From a virus (taxonomy: Duplodnaviria > Caudoviricetes), in the IMG/VR virus record IMGVR_UViG_3300020220_002267, positions 1 to 55,260 of that record: a stretch of DNA of 55,260 nt. One strand, 5' to 3'. Positions 25,788-35,538 of the stretch are shown here, piece by piece (within the stretch, counting starts at the first letter, position 1; each line of letters begins with the position of its first letter). The notes under the pieces are model-generated. The model saw only the letters and a program-made list of their open reading frames with translations. It ran no database searches and was not told where the DNA came from. The position numbers were made by a program, and so were the translations under genes.

Positions 25788-26174
25788 TTACTTCTTCAGG
25801 GCGGCCTCTTTCTTGACCATGGGTTCGTAGGACGCTCCGTCCTTCCCCTTGCTCTCGGCCAGTTTCTTGGCCTCACCCCAGGAGTCGACCCGCTCCCCAT
25901 CGACGTTGGGAACGAGCTTGACGTGGGGTTGGTTCCGGGTCCGCTCGTTCTGCTTCGTGGTGAGTGTCCGGTTCTTGGCGGCCATCTGCTTCTTGATGCG
26001 CTCGTTCTTCGACGGCCAGTCGTCCCCGGATAGGTTGAAGTGGACGGGGCTGATCAGCTTCTTGGCCACCGCCCCGCAGGTCTCACAGGTCTGTGGCTCG
26101 TCGTACCTCGAGATCGGAAGCATCCGATCGAAGTCTTCTTCGCAGGCTTCACAGCGGTAGGCGTAGATTGGCAC
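25788..26174 (-). CDS. FmdB-family zinc-ribbon protein
   Basis: (M)PIYAYRCEAC...CETCG...KKLIS; GTG start with AGGAG. Confidence 0.8.
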   Translation of the reverse strand: MPIYAYRCEACEEDFDRMLPISRYDEPQTCETCGAVAKKLISPVHFNLSGDDWPSKNERIKKQMAAKNRTLTTKQNERTRNQPHVKLVPNVDGERVDSWGEAKKLAESKGKDGASYEPMVKKEAALKK

Positions 26175-26175
26175 T

Positions 26176-28575
26176 TCAGTCTCCTGACGGGTCACCGTAC
26201 CCATCAGGAATGATCTCGGACCCGATGGGGAAGACGGGTCCGTCCCCCGCGAGCCGATATTTTTGGGCCATCCGAAGGGCAGCCGCGACGTGCTTGCACA
26301 CCCAGTGGTCGCCGTTCGGGTCCTTCTCGCCAGGTGCGGAAGCGGTGCCCCGAGGCTTCCCGAACAGGAACCCGTTGGCGAGAGCCCAGTGCTCCGGTCC
26401 CTGCCACCGGAAGAACTCGCAGTCGCACGACACGCGGATCTGTGCCTTCTTGACCTCTTTCACGTTGCCCTTGGCCGTGGCCTTCAGCCGGATGGTGTAC
26501 GCCTTGCCCTTGGACCCGCTGGCCTTGAACGTCCAGACGCCCTTCGAGGGGTCCGCTCGGGAGAGCCGGACCTGGACACCCTTGGACCGCTTCGTGACCT
26601 CGCCCGAGGTCCGGTTGGTCAGGTCATCCATCGTGGCCGCAGTCTTGTTGTGGCTGCGACGGTACGCCTGGATCTCGCGGATGATCTGCTGGGCGGCCTT
26701 GGTGGCCTTGGTCTTGCTCTCCCACTCGAGCCGAGGCATCCCGAGTCGATCCTGGACACGCTCGGCCCCGTTGGCGAGGGCGACCCGTTCGGCGATCTTC
26801 ATCTCGGGGTCGTCGTGGTTGCCCCCTTCACCGAGCACACCACCCATCATGTCCCAGTCGTAGTCCCACCACGCGAGGTACCACGTCGTCGCGAACCCCG
26901 TCTCATCCCCCTCCCACAGGCCGAGGTCGAAGTCCGACTCGGGAGTGCGGAGCCCCTTGAACACCCGCTCTGGAGACATGGAGGCGTGCTTCAGGTGGTC
27001 CGGGATGACCTTGCCCGAGCCCGCAGGGAAGTCGGCCTCGTTGGGCGGCACGAAGTCGGAAGGTGTCGGGTCGTGCGTGGGGGCGGGATCGGTCTTGGTC
27101 CACTGACCAGGCCCCACAGGACTCTCGGGGCGGTTGTCGTAGATGGGCCGCTCCCACTCGTCCGGGGACTTCCGCTCGATGAGCCCCAGGGCCCCTGCCC
27201 GCTTGAGCCACCTCGAGGCCACTCGAGCCCCCATCCCCGAGAACGAAGCGCCGGGATGGATGACCTCTCCGTAGTAGAAGTTGTCGTCCGTCGGGTCCAC
27301 CAAGTCCTCCTGGAACTCGTCTTCGGGGTCGAAGGTTGACCGCTCCCCCCAGTAGCGCATCGACTCCTCGACGAGGCTGTAGGAGATGTGCGAGATGACC
27401 GCCGGAGAGGCCGTCTCGATGTCCTCCACGTCACCCAGTCGCAAGCAGACATCCCGGAACTCGTCGCTGTCCGGAGAGATGCCGTAGAGGGAGGCGCACT
27501 GGCGAAGCCCCTCGGGCTTCAGGTCCGCGTAGGCGGCCTCGCCCACCTCGACATCGATCAACTCGAACATCGCGTCCGCGTCCTCGTCGGAGAGGAACAC
27601 CACCGCGTTCAAGAAGGCCATGGCGGGCATCGAGAACATGCTCGAGCCACCCACCACCGGTCCCGTGAGCACGATCGTGACCAGGCCCGTCATGGGGGAC
27701 ACGGAGTGGACGTAGCCGATCTGCATGTCGCGGCCGACGACGAACGCAATCTCGGGTGCCGTGAGCACCGAAGCCGGACGCATCCTGAACCGAGAGGGAT
27801 TCTGGCGACGCATCTTCTGGCGACGCTTGAAGGCGGGCTTGTTCTTGTTCTTCTGGTACCAGAGGCGGTGCTTCACCTTCGCCCGAGCCCGGTTCTTCCG
27901 GTACTCCCGACGACGCTTCTGACGCTCGGGGCCACGGTGACGATGACGACGCTGCCCCATCGACCAGGGCGTGTACCCCTCACGCATCAGCGTGGCGATG
28001 ATCTCCCGTGCCAGCGGATGGTCCGACCCGACCTTCCTGCGCTCGTACTTGCTCGGGTTCTCACGACGCTTCTCTTTCTGTTTCTGGAAGGTCCGGTTCT
28101 TCGAGACCGACTTGTACCAGACCTTGAGCCGCTGCTTGATGCGGGACTTGTTCTGCCGGTAGTACTGCTTGTCCTTGAGCTTCTTCCACGTCCGTTGGCG
28201 CTTCTGACGCCGCCACGGGATGCGGGCCTTGTACGCTTCCTTGTCCGACCCCTCCATCGAGCGGCGGGTGGGCATGTTGTAGTCGTACTTGGTGGGGCTC
28301 CCCTCTTGCTCTCCCGGCGTCGGGAGCGTGCGGGGATGTTCGGCGGGACCTGGCTCCCCTGTCCCGGGACCGTTGAAAGCGGGCTGCTTGAGATGACGGC
28401 CGTTCCCGTCAGCGGAGTCGTCCTTCTTGACGGTCTTGGGCGTCGCAGCCCCCGGGGGGAGGGGGCGCTTGTCCGGGTCGGAGTCAATGGGCAAGCCGTC
28501 CTTCGACTTGTCCGTGACAACGGTGGTCACCCCAGAAAGCGATTCCTCGGGGATGTAGCCCTTTAGAGTTCGCAT
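26176..28575 (-). CDS. Large protein with two basic repeats and C-terminal SWIM zinc finger
   Basis: Arg/Lys-rich duplicated segment; VSCDCEFF...VCKHV; internal RVASRWLKRA. Confidence 0.65.
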   Translation of the reverse strand: MRTLKGYIPEESLSGVTTVVTDKSKDGLPIDSDPDKRPLPPGAATPKTVKKDDSADGNGRHLKQPAFNGPGTGEPGPAEHPRTLPTPGEQEGSPTKYDYNMPTRRSMEGSDKEAYKARIPWRRQKRQRTWKKLKDKQYYRQNKSRIKQRLKVWYKSVSKNRTFQKQKEKRRENPSKYERRKVGSDHPLAREIIATLMREGYTPWSMGQRRHRHRGPERQKRRREYRKNRARAKVKHRLWYQKNKNKPAFKRRQKMRRQNPSRFRMRPASVLTAPEIAFVVGRDMQIGYVHSVSPMTGLVTIVLTGPVVGGSSMFSMPAMAFLNAVVFLSDEDADAMFELIDVEVGEAAYADLKPEGLRQCASLYGISPDSDEFRDVCLRLGDVEDIETASPAVISHISYSLVEESMRYWGERSTFDPEDEFQEDLVDPTDDNFYYGEVIHPGASFSGMGARVASRWLKRAGALGLIERKSPDEWERPIYDNRPESPVGPGQWTKTDPAPTHDPTPSDFVPPNEADFPAGSGKVIPDHLKHASMSPERVFKGLRTPESDFDLGLWEGDETGFATTWYLAWWDYDWDMMGGVLGEGGNHDDPEMKIAERVALANGAERVQDRLGMPRLEWESKTKATKAAQQIIREIQAYRRSHNKTAATMDDLTNRTSGEVTKRSKGVQVRLSRADPSKGVWTFKASGSKGKAYTIRLKATAKGNVKEVKKAQIRVSCDCEFFRWQGPEHWALANGFLFGKPRGTASAPGEKDPNGDHWVCKHVAAALRMAQKYRLAGDGPVFPIGSEIIPDGYGDPSGD

Positions 28576-29450
28576 CCACCGTCTCCTGGTGGGCGGGGGT
28601 CCGACTCGCCCTCCCAGTAGGTGGTCACGAGCTTCGCGTCCGCACCGTAGATGGCGAACACGATGGTGAGCCCCAGATTCTTGTCCGTCCAGACGATGGA
28701 CTCGGAGCGGGCGAAGTTCTCCTCCCACCGGCGACCCAGTGGAGACTTCCGGCTCTTCTCGTCGAAAAACGCCTTGAAGAAGGTCTTCAAGGCAGCACGG
28801 ACAGCGGGCACGTTGACGCGGCGCAAGTCCATCCGGTACTGGGCGTGCGGGCCGATGAGGAGCCGCTTGAACTTGATGCCCGACGGCATCCTCTCCACGT
28901 CGAGGTTGTAGACCTGGGCCGCGTCTGGGTTGGAGAGCGAAGTCCCCACCTCGATGTCGTCGATGATCTCCTCGCGGAGTCGAGGGTTCTGCACCTCGTT
29001 CTGCACCCGCTCGATGACATGACAGGGACCGCCAGGCCAGCCTAGCGGGGGGTCGAGGTCCGCCTCCTTGCTCGACCACCGCTCTGCCACCCGGAGAGCC
29101 GACCGGTTCAGCATGGGGCCGAACAGCGGCTTGGCCTTCTCCACGGACTCGTCCACGATCTTGCGGTCCGCCAGAGGGAGCCGGTCCCGGAGATGGTCTT
29201 CCCCGATGACGGACAAGGCGTAGGCCGTCCGGTCGAGGTCCGTCTCGAGGGCCTCCAGCCGTTTGGGTGTGGCCTGGAGGATGTCCCCCGCCACCTCGTA
29301 CAGGTGCTCCTTGGCGGGGGAGTTCTCCACGAGCTTCAAGGCGCGTGTCACCAGGTGGCGGAGGCGATGGGCCTCCAGACGCGCTGAAGTGACTCCTTCA
29401 GTGAGGAGCGCCCACGCGGCCTGGCTGCTTCCGGCTTCTTTTCGTGCCAC
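28563..29450 (-). CDS. Hypothetical protein
   Basis: GTG start, class-2 variant at 29486; internal RVAERWSSKEA. Confidence 0.65.
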   Translation of the reverse strand: MARKEAGSSQAAWALLTEGVTSARLEAHRLRHLVTRALKLVENSPAKEHLYEVAGDILQATPKRLEALETDLDRTAYALSVIGEDHLRDRLPLADRKIVDESVEKAKPLFGPMLNRSALRVAERWSSKEADLDPPLGWPGGPCHVIERVQNEVQNPRLREEIIDDIEVGTSLSNPDAAQVYNLDVERMPSGIKFKRLLIGPHAQYRMDLRRVNVPAVRAALKTFFKAFFDEKSRKSPLGRRWEENFARSESIVWTDKNLGLTIVFAIYGADAKLVTTYWEGESDPRPPGDGGCEL

Positions 29451-29494
29451 GGCTCACTCCGAAAGAGTCTCTCTTCGGAGTGGGTATAGGCTCC

Positions 29495-30514
29495 TCAACG
29501 CGCCAGAGCAGCAGCGATGTGCTTCTTCACCGTCTCGGTTTCGACCGAGAGGATGCCGTTCAAGTAGAGGGGGTTCTTCCCGTAGGTCTTGATGGCCTCC
29601 GCCACGCGGACCTTCCAAGGCCGGGTGAGGTCCCACTCGAACTTCGGGATGACCGCCCGCACCAGAGCGACCTTGGCCGCCAGGGTAGCGAAGTCCACCT
29701 GTTCCTCGACCTCTCCGGCCGGGGGTGCCTCGGCCGGAGTCGGAGCCGGAGCCTCCGAGGCTTCGACCTGAGCCTTGCGGGCCTTCCGTGCGGCCTCAGC
29801 AGCCGCAGCCGCACGCTGGGCCTTCTCATCCACCGTGAGGTGCGGGGAGTTGCCCTCACCCGCCGGCCCCGGAGCCGGAACCTCGGAGGAGGTCACGGAG
29901 TCCCCCAGAAGCTCGTCGAGGGCGTCCGCCACTCGAGCTTCCTGGACATCCCCCGTGGCGGCAACCTTCACGGGCACCGCGAGCCGGTCGGTCGTGCCCT
30001 GCACGTTGTCGATCTTGTTGATCTCCTGGGCGACCCGAGTGGCGTTCTCGGCCGTGAGCACCGTCTTCTGGACGGCGGCCCGCTTGAGCTTGCCGACAGG
30101 CACCCCGTCCGAAGAAGCGTCCTCGCCCTGGACCTCACGGCGAACCACACCGTCACCACGGTCCCGGACGGTCTTCAGGTTGCCGAGGTCCCGCTCCTCG
30201 TCGTGAACCGTGCGGACTTCACGCGGAGCCCCCCGATCCCGGTCGGTGGCCTGGGCGGGACGCACATCCATCTTGGCGGGCTGTGGACGGTAGGGCTCCG
30301 ACGCCGCCGAGGAGTCCGCCGGAACAAGCCAGCCCGCACGAACGGCGGCACCGATCTGCTGTAGGTTGTGTTCCTTCCCGCCGATCTTGGCGACCTCGCC
30401 GTCGAAGTAGATGACATCCCCCTGGTTGATGTCCTTCTCGATGGAACCGAGATGGAACTTCGTCCGAGCCTTGAGGGCCACGAACTTGCCAGACTCGAAC
30501 TGAATTCCGCTCAT
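29495..30514 (-). CDS. Hypothetical protein; N-terminal domain paralogous to 23120..24001
   Basis: GGAGG SD; FHLGS..GDVIYFDG..AGWLVPA. Confidence 0.7.
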   Translation of the reverse strand: MSGIQFESGKFVALKARTKFHLGSIEKDINQGDVIYFDGEVAKIGGKEHNLQQIGAAVRAGWLVPADSSAASEPYRPQPAKMDVRPAQATDRDRGAPREVRTVHDEERDLGNLKTVRDRGDGVVRREVQGEDASSDGVPVGKLKRAAVQKTVLTAENATRVAQEINKIDNVQGTTDRLAVPVKVAATGDVQEARVADALDELLGDSVTSSEVPAPGPAGEGNSPHLTVDEKAQRAAAAAEAARKARKAQVEASEAPAPTPAEAPPAGEVEEQVDFATLAAKVALVRAVIPKFEWDLTRPWKVRVAEAIKTYGKNPLYLNGILSVETETVKKHIAAALAR

Positions 30515-30559
30515 GTTTTCCTCCGACCTGCTGGTCGCTCTGCTTTCACCATACCCACG

Positions 30560-30880
30560 TCATTGCTCTTCCTGTAAGGAGTCGAGCAGAACAACCCTAC
30601 CGTCGGCCACCCGCATCAGGGTGTCTCGGACGGCGGACTGTTGGTTGATCTCCGACAGGGCCTCGCGGATTCGCTCTCCCACCAGGGGGAGAAACCCCGG
30701 TGTGATCCGAACTCGGGAGACCACCTCGGCGTGGTTGTCCTTGGACGAATAGCGGCAGAAGTCGAGAATCACCGAGCCGTCTTCTTCAGGCAAGACCCGA
30801 AACGCATTCGCGGGGGTCCCCACCCGAACGTCCTCAGTGCGTATATCCACGACGCAATCGACTCGCGGGACGCCCTTCAT
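30560..30880 (-). CDS. Hypothetical protein
   Basis: GGAGG SD; PANAFRV...ILDFCRYS...VVSRVRI. Confidence 0.6.
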   Translation of the reverse strand: MKGVPRVDCVVDIRTEDVRVGTPANAFRVLPEEDGSVILDFCRYSSKDNHAEVVSRVRITPGFLPLVGERIREALSEINQQSAVRDTLMRVADGRVVLLDSLQEEQ

Positions 30881-30916
30881 CCGTCCTCCACGGGCGACAC
30901 TACCCGCGAGGACGAG

Positions 30917-31660
30917 CTACGCCCCGAAGTACTTCTTGGCTGCCTCGTACCCCTTGTTTCGCCGTTCCCGCGTCAGAGCAGGCGAGAAGTCCAAGGGATC
31001 TCCCAGAGAGTCCAGCGGCATGATGACATCGAGCTTGATGGGCTTCTTCCCCTGGGCGGACGGGTGACCCGACTCCACCAAGAGGTTCCACAGCCGGATC
31101 TTCTCGAGGTCCCCGAGAGCCACCTCGGACCCCATCCCGTCGAGGCATCGTGCCCCGAGGGTCAGCACCGACGGAAGGTCTTCCTTCTTCACCACGGTCG
31201 GCATCTTGGGGTTCCGGCACACCACCGCCAAGATGTGCTCACACCCACCCTTGATGAGACGACCCGCAGGGGCGATCTCGGTGATGCCTCCGTCCGTACA
31301 GTAGTGGGGCCCCACCTGCTCCGGAGGGAACGCCAGCGGGAACGAGGAGGACGCCGCGATGTACGACACCAGTTCACGCACGTTCTTGGCCTCGTTGAGC
31401 GAGAAGTAGAGCGACTCCCCGGACAGAAGGTCCCAAGCGGCCACCTCACAAGGAGTCCCTGTGCCCAAGTCCTTGAAGGTGAGGGTCAGAAACTCCTCGA
31501 GCAGTGCCTTGAGGGGGTCGTTGTACCCGATCGAGGGATTCCACAAGGCCGACAGGTACGGCGGGAACCGCAACTTCCAAACGTCGGAGGTCTTGGTGAG
31601 CCGATCCCAGCACTTCACCAGGTACTCGGTGAAGAACGGGATCTGTCGAGGACCCGGGGG
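30917..31660 (-). pseudogene. N-terminally truncated patatin-like phospholipase
   Basis: AASSSFPLAFPP and DGG motifs present; GGGxxG and GxSxG absent; upstream ATG 31764 is in another frame. Confidence 0.6.
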
Positions 31661-31765
31661 GATGCCCCGCCCAGAACGTCCATCCCGTCCCGGATGTCCG
31701 AGACATGGATGGAGTCGCCGGCTTTTCCTGTGTGCGTGACGCGAAGGAGGAGGCCGTAGCCCATG

Positions 31766-32461
31766 CTACACCTCCGAAGGAGCCGCGTTACCCTCGGTCA
31801 CCCGCCAGATGTCGATGGCCCGCTCGAGACTCAGCCGAAACTGCTCGTCGTTCTCGAACGTTGACTGGTACCGGATCAGGATCATGTAGAGCGAGTCCTT
31901 GATGCGGAACGCCTCACGAACTCGCATCTTGGCCCAGTCCGACACCTGGTCCTTCGACATGCCCAGTTGCAGCATGCGGGTCATCTCGGGGGCGAGGTCC
32001 ACGTCGAATTCGTGCTGCGTGCGGCTCGTGACGAACACCCCGGACCCGAAGTCCGTCAGGGTCGTCGGCGGAGGAGCCGAGAAGGTCGGACCCGTCGGGG
32101 CGGCGGGAGCGGCGGGAGCGGCTGGGGCCGCCGGGGCTGCGGGCATCGCTCCGGGCATGACGATGACGGGAGCCGGAGCCGGGGCGGACTGGAAGATGAC
32201 CGGCGAGGGCTGGGGTGGGGACTGCAACACGAACGGCATGGCACCCGGAGCCATCATCTGAACCGGAGGAGCCATCATCGGAGCCGGAACGGGAGCCGTC
32301 ATCGGAGCCGGAACGGGGGCCATCATTGGGGCCGCCGGAGCCGGAGGAGCCACGGGGTTGCTACCCTCGGGGGGCATCAACAGTGGCAGGAGGTGTGGGC
32401 GCAGATCCGCCCGGCGGGAAGCCAGGCGGACGACTGCGGCTCTGAGGTTGGAGTGGGCCAC
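31766..32461 (-). CDS. Pro/Ala-rich protein with IRLAH-type leader
   Basis: NLRAAVVRLASRRADLRPHLLPLL; PVPAPM(M/T)A and APA repeats. Confidence 0.7.
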   Translation of the reverse strand: MAHSNLRAAVVRLASRRADLRPHLLPLLMPPEGSNPVAPPAPAAPMMAPVPAPMTAPVPAPMMAPPVQMMAPGAMPFVLQSPPQPSPVIFQSAPAPAPVIVMPGAMPAAPAAPAAPAAPAAPTGPTFSAPPPTTLTDFGSGVFVTSRTQHEFDVDLAPEMTRMLQLGMSKDQVSDWAKMRVREAFRIKDSLYMILIRYQSTFENDEQFRLSLERAIDIWRVTEGNAAPSEV

Positions 32462-32514
32462 GAACTCTCCTCATCTCGGCGAGCTATAGGGTGAGTAGTG
32501 GTTCCCGTGGCATT

Positions 32515-32898
32515 TCACGGAAGGGCCTTGAAGTACGCCTCGGCCTTCTCGGCCAAATCCTTGTAGGTATCCGCCAAGGCCGAGTACACCGCCGTCCGCG
32601 ACAACTCCGGCTTCCTGTCCACACCCTTTAGCTGCAGCAACTCCGTTCCGAGATGCTTCCAAGAAACCTTGGCGTGCGACTTCACTTGTTGCACCACCTC
32701 CTTGACCTCGGAGGCCATGTGGGCTCCGGCGGGTTCGGCCCCATCACCTCGGAAACCGAAGTCGATGAAATCGTCCGGGATCCGAAGCCACGCCTCCTTT
32801 GTCCGCGCATCCTTCGACAGAAGGGGAAGCAGGTGGGGACGAAGGTCGGGCCGGCTGTGCGCCAGGCGGATCACCTTGGCGCGGAGGTCATGGGACAT
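32515..32898 (-). CDS. Small protein with IRLAH leader
   Basis: MSHDLRAKVIRLAHSRPDLRPHLLPLL; class-2 motif at 32926. Confidence 0.7.
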   Translation of the reverse strand: MSHDLRAKVIRLAHSRPDLRPHLLPLLSKDARTKEAWLRIPDDFIDFGFRGDGAEPAGAHMASEVKEVVQQVKSHAKVSWKHLGTELLQLKGVDRKPELSRTAVYSALADTYKDLAEKAEAYFKALP

Positions 32899-32942
32899 GA
32901 AGGACTCCGTTGCCTCGCGGGGGGTATAGTCGGCGTACCGGC

Positions 32943-33095
32943 TCACCCCCGAGGCGAGCCCTTGGGGGCGGAACCCGCGTTGTCTCCGGGCAGTTGGGAC
33001 GCCTTCTGAGAATGGGTGTCCCGCTTCGGAAGCGGACGCCCATCCTTGTCCGCCACATCCGGCTTCGAGATCCCGTCGCTCGTCTTCTTGAACAT
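32943..33095 (-). CDS. Small hydrophilic protein (50 aa)
   Basis: GAGGTG SD and class-2 motif at 33119. Confidence 0.5.
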   Translation of the reverse strand: MFKKTSDGISKPDVADKDGRPLPKRDTHSQKASQLPGDNAGSAPKGSPRG

Positions 33096-33118
33096 ACGCA
33101 CCTCACTTCTCGATCGGC

Positions 33119-33167
33119 ATAGGGACGCTACCGACAACAGGTTCAGAATGTGGGTGCTGTCGCGTAG
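33119..33167. promoter_or_regulatory. Back-to-back class-2 (minus, 33119-33133) and class-1 (plus, 33141-33167) promoter motifs
   Basis: atag-ggacgct-accg and gttcag-N16-cgtag at a strand switch. Confidence 0.7.
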
Positions 33168-33184
33168 AGCGTGCGGGGGCACCG

Positions 33185-34003
33185 GTGGCCATTCTTCGTC
33201 GCGTCGAACCAAAATCCCACCCGCACCTCAACGTTGAGGCGCGAACGAACATCCCCGGCCACGAAGCCGGCCGAATCCTTCACGGGGGCTCCTGTCCGCT
33301 TCGGGGGCAGGTGCAGCACGGCGGAGTCCGGGGACCGTTCTGCGACTCGGGGTGCGTCGGACCCACACCCCCGGTCTACGTTGAGTCCACCTACGAAGGG
33401 CTCGTGCTGGCCGTCGAGGGAGATCAGGTCTGGGTATGGGACTTCCTCACAAAGAAGCCCGACGCCATCACGCTGGAGCCAGACCCGATCTTCCCCATGC
33501 AGGCGGAGGTGGATGCCACCCCCGACCTCGTGAAGCTCCACGACGAGTGGCTGACGTGGCGGAAGTTGGAGCTTGATCTCAAGAACGAAGCCGCTCGGAA
33601 GGCCGAAGAAGCCAAGAAGATCGCGAAGGAAAAGGCCGAGGAGGCTCGACGGGCGGCCGTCGATGCCGCCCGACGGGCGGAAGAGGAGAGGGAAGCTGCA
33701 CGGCAGAGGGCGAGGGACTCGCGGATCCGGGCGGGCGTGAAGCTCCGCATCGTGGCCGACCCCCCGGGCTTCGCGGAGAGGAACCAGAAGCTCAAAGCCA
33801 GGAATCGCACCCCGTCCATGGTGGGTCTGACCGTTCACTGCTGTGATCCGGGCTTCGAGCAATACGTGTTCGTCCGCCTCCCTGACGGCTCGACAGCACG
33901 GCTTCTCCGCACTCAAGTCCGAGTCGTGCTCAAGGATGGCTCGTTGGGCGACGAGGACCGGTCTCCGGGTGTGGGACGAGGTTCGGTGTTGTCGGACGAC
34001 TGA
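33185..34003 (+). CDS. Hypothetical coiled-coil protein
   Basis: Promoter motif upstream; E/K/A/R-rich helix. Confidence 0.6.
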   Translation: MAILRRVEPKSHPHLNVEARTNIPGHEAGRILHGGSCPLRGQVQHGGVRGPFCDSGCVGPTPPVYVESTYEGLVLAVEGDQVWVWDFLTKKPDAITLEPDPIFPMQAEVDATPDLVKLHDEWLTWRKLELDLKNEAARKAEEAKKIAKEKAEEARRAAVDAARRAEEEREAARQRARDSRIRAGVKLRIVADPPGFAERNQKLKARNRTPSMVGLTVHCCDPGFEQYVFVRLPDGSTARLLRTQVRVVLKDGSLGDEDRSPGVGRGSVLSDD

Positions 34004-34049
34004 CGTTCAGAAACCTCCCCCCACAGCGTAGGGAGGTCAGGAGGTTCCC

Positions 34050-34322
34050 TTGATCGATCTCGGTTTCGGCCTCATCGGCCTCGGTGTGGTTCTGCTCGTC
34101 GCCACCTTCATCGCCTTCGGCGTCGTGGCTTTCGGGTCCTTCAGCTTCGCGGTCAAGAACATGACCGACTCGTCGAAGGACTTCGATGAGAAGTCCACAA
34201 ACCACGGGAAGGCGATGGGAGGCATGGCCTCCAGCGGGCTCGTCCTCGTGATCGGCGGGGGGCTCGGACTCCTCTCGCTGGCAGGAGGCATCCTCACGCT
34301 GTTGTACGACTGGGCCGCGTAG
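34050..34322 (+). CDS. Small membrane protein (2 TM)
   Basis: Class-1 motif at 34005, AGGAGG SD, two hydrophobic stretches. Confidence 0.7.
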   Translation: MIDLGFGLIGLGVVLLVATFIAFGVVAFGSFSFAVKNMTDSSKDFDEKSTNHGKAMGGMASSGLVLVIGGGLGLLSLAGGILTLLYDWAA

Positions 34323-34344
34323 ACGGGGGGAGAGGAACCACTCG

Positions 34345-35538
34345 ATGTCTGCACCCCGAGTTCTCATCACTGCTGGAGCAGTCTACGGACCCCTCGACGA
34401 CAACAAGATCGTCGGCAACCGCGTCCGTGGCATCTGGGCGACCCGTTTTGCCCGCTGGCTGGCCGAACGCCACTACCCGGTCACCGTGCTCATCCCGGAC
34501 ACGATGACCGGAGTGACGGCCGACCTTCTCGTCGGTCTACCGCGTGATGCTCAACTCGAAGTGGTCAAGCACCGGGGCTACTGGGACTACGCCACCAAGT
34601 GCGAGAAGCTGGCTCGCACCCACGATGTCGCCGTCATGGCCGCAGCCGTCGTGAACTGGATTCCCGAGTTGCCGTTTCCAGGGAAGATGCCCACCAAGGG
34701 CTACAACGAGGGGGACACCATCAACATCCCCTTCGTCCTCGCACCCCGGGTCATCAACCGGATGCGGGAGTGGAACCCCGACCTCACCCTCATCGGGTGC
34801 AAGATGCTCATCGGGGCGTCCCAGGACGAACTGATCGAAGCGGCCTACCACGTCGTCCTCACCGCCAAGTGCAATGTCGTCCTCGCAAACGACATGGGCC
34901 ACGGGCTCAAGCGGAAGCAACTGGTCTTCCAGGACCGCACCGTCATCGACTTCGACGATGACTTCGAGCGGCTGTTCCGGACTCTCCAAGGAGTCATCGA
35001 CGACAAGCACTTCGCCACGTTCCGGTCAGGGCCGGACATCAGCGAGATCAAGGGCGACCCCCGCTTCAAGAACTCCGTCGGCTTCTTCGACCGCATCGTG
35101 GACCGATACCGGGAGCGGTTCACCCACCGTCAGGCGGGGAACGACCGGGTGTTCGGCGGCCTCCTCGTGCCCACCATGGCCGAGGGGTATCTCCTGTCCC
35201 CGCGTGAAAAGGGGGAGATGTTCACCTCGGGGGACGCCGCCTGGGCTCCTGCACAGCAGGAGTTCTCCCAGCACCGCATCTACGTGGCTCCCGGACCCAA
35301 GGCCACCCTCAACGCCCCACTCCTCATCCGGTTCTGGGAGAAGTGGAAAGACCACCCTCGAGCCACCGCCGTGCTCCATCTCCACGAGCAGCTTCCGGGC
35401 ATTCCGACCGTCCCCTATGCCCCTCCAGGGACCGAACGGGACAACCTGCGGGAGCTTCCGGCCGTCCCGGCCTTCAACATCGCGGGGCACGGGTTCGTGG
35501 CCTGTGTGGACGCCGACGGGGAGATCATCTTGCGATGA
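34345..35538 (+). CDS. CoaB/DFP-like (phosphopantothenate-cysteine ligase) domain fused to a possible class II aldolase-like domain
   Basis: VLITAGAVYGPLDDNKIVGN, MAAAVVNW, LIGCK, VVLAND; C-terminal VLHLH...YAPPGT...GHG. Confidence 0.65.
   Translation: MSAPRVLITAGAVYGPLDDNKIVGNRVRGIWATRFARWLAERHYPVTVLIPDTMTGVTADLLVGLPRDAQLEVVKHRGYWDYATKCEKLARTHDVAVMAAAVVNWIPELPFPGKMPTKGYNEGDTINIPFVLAPRVINRMREWNPDLTLIGCKMLIGASQDELIEAAYHVVLTAKCNVVLANDMGHGLKRKQLVFQDRTVIDFDDDFERLFRTLQGVIDDKHFATFRSGPDISEIKGDPRFKNSVGFFDRIVDRYRERFTHRQAGNDRVFGGLLVPTMAEGYLLSPREKGEMFTSGDAAWAPAQQEFSQHRIYVAPGPKATLNAPLLIRFWEKWKDHPRATAVLHLHEQLPGIPTVPYAPPGTERDNLRELPAVPAFNIAGHGFVACVDADGEIILR

Noticed and set aside
32090-32350. CRISPR array or non-coding repeat
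   Set aside because: Repeats are in-frame Pro/Ala codon repeats; no repeat-spacer array was seen anywhere in the window
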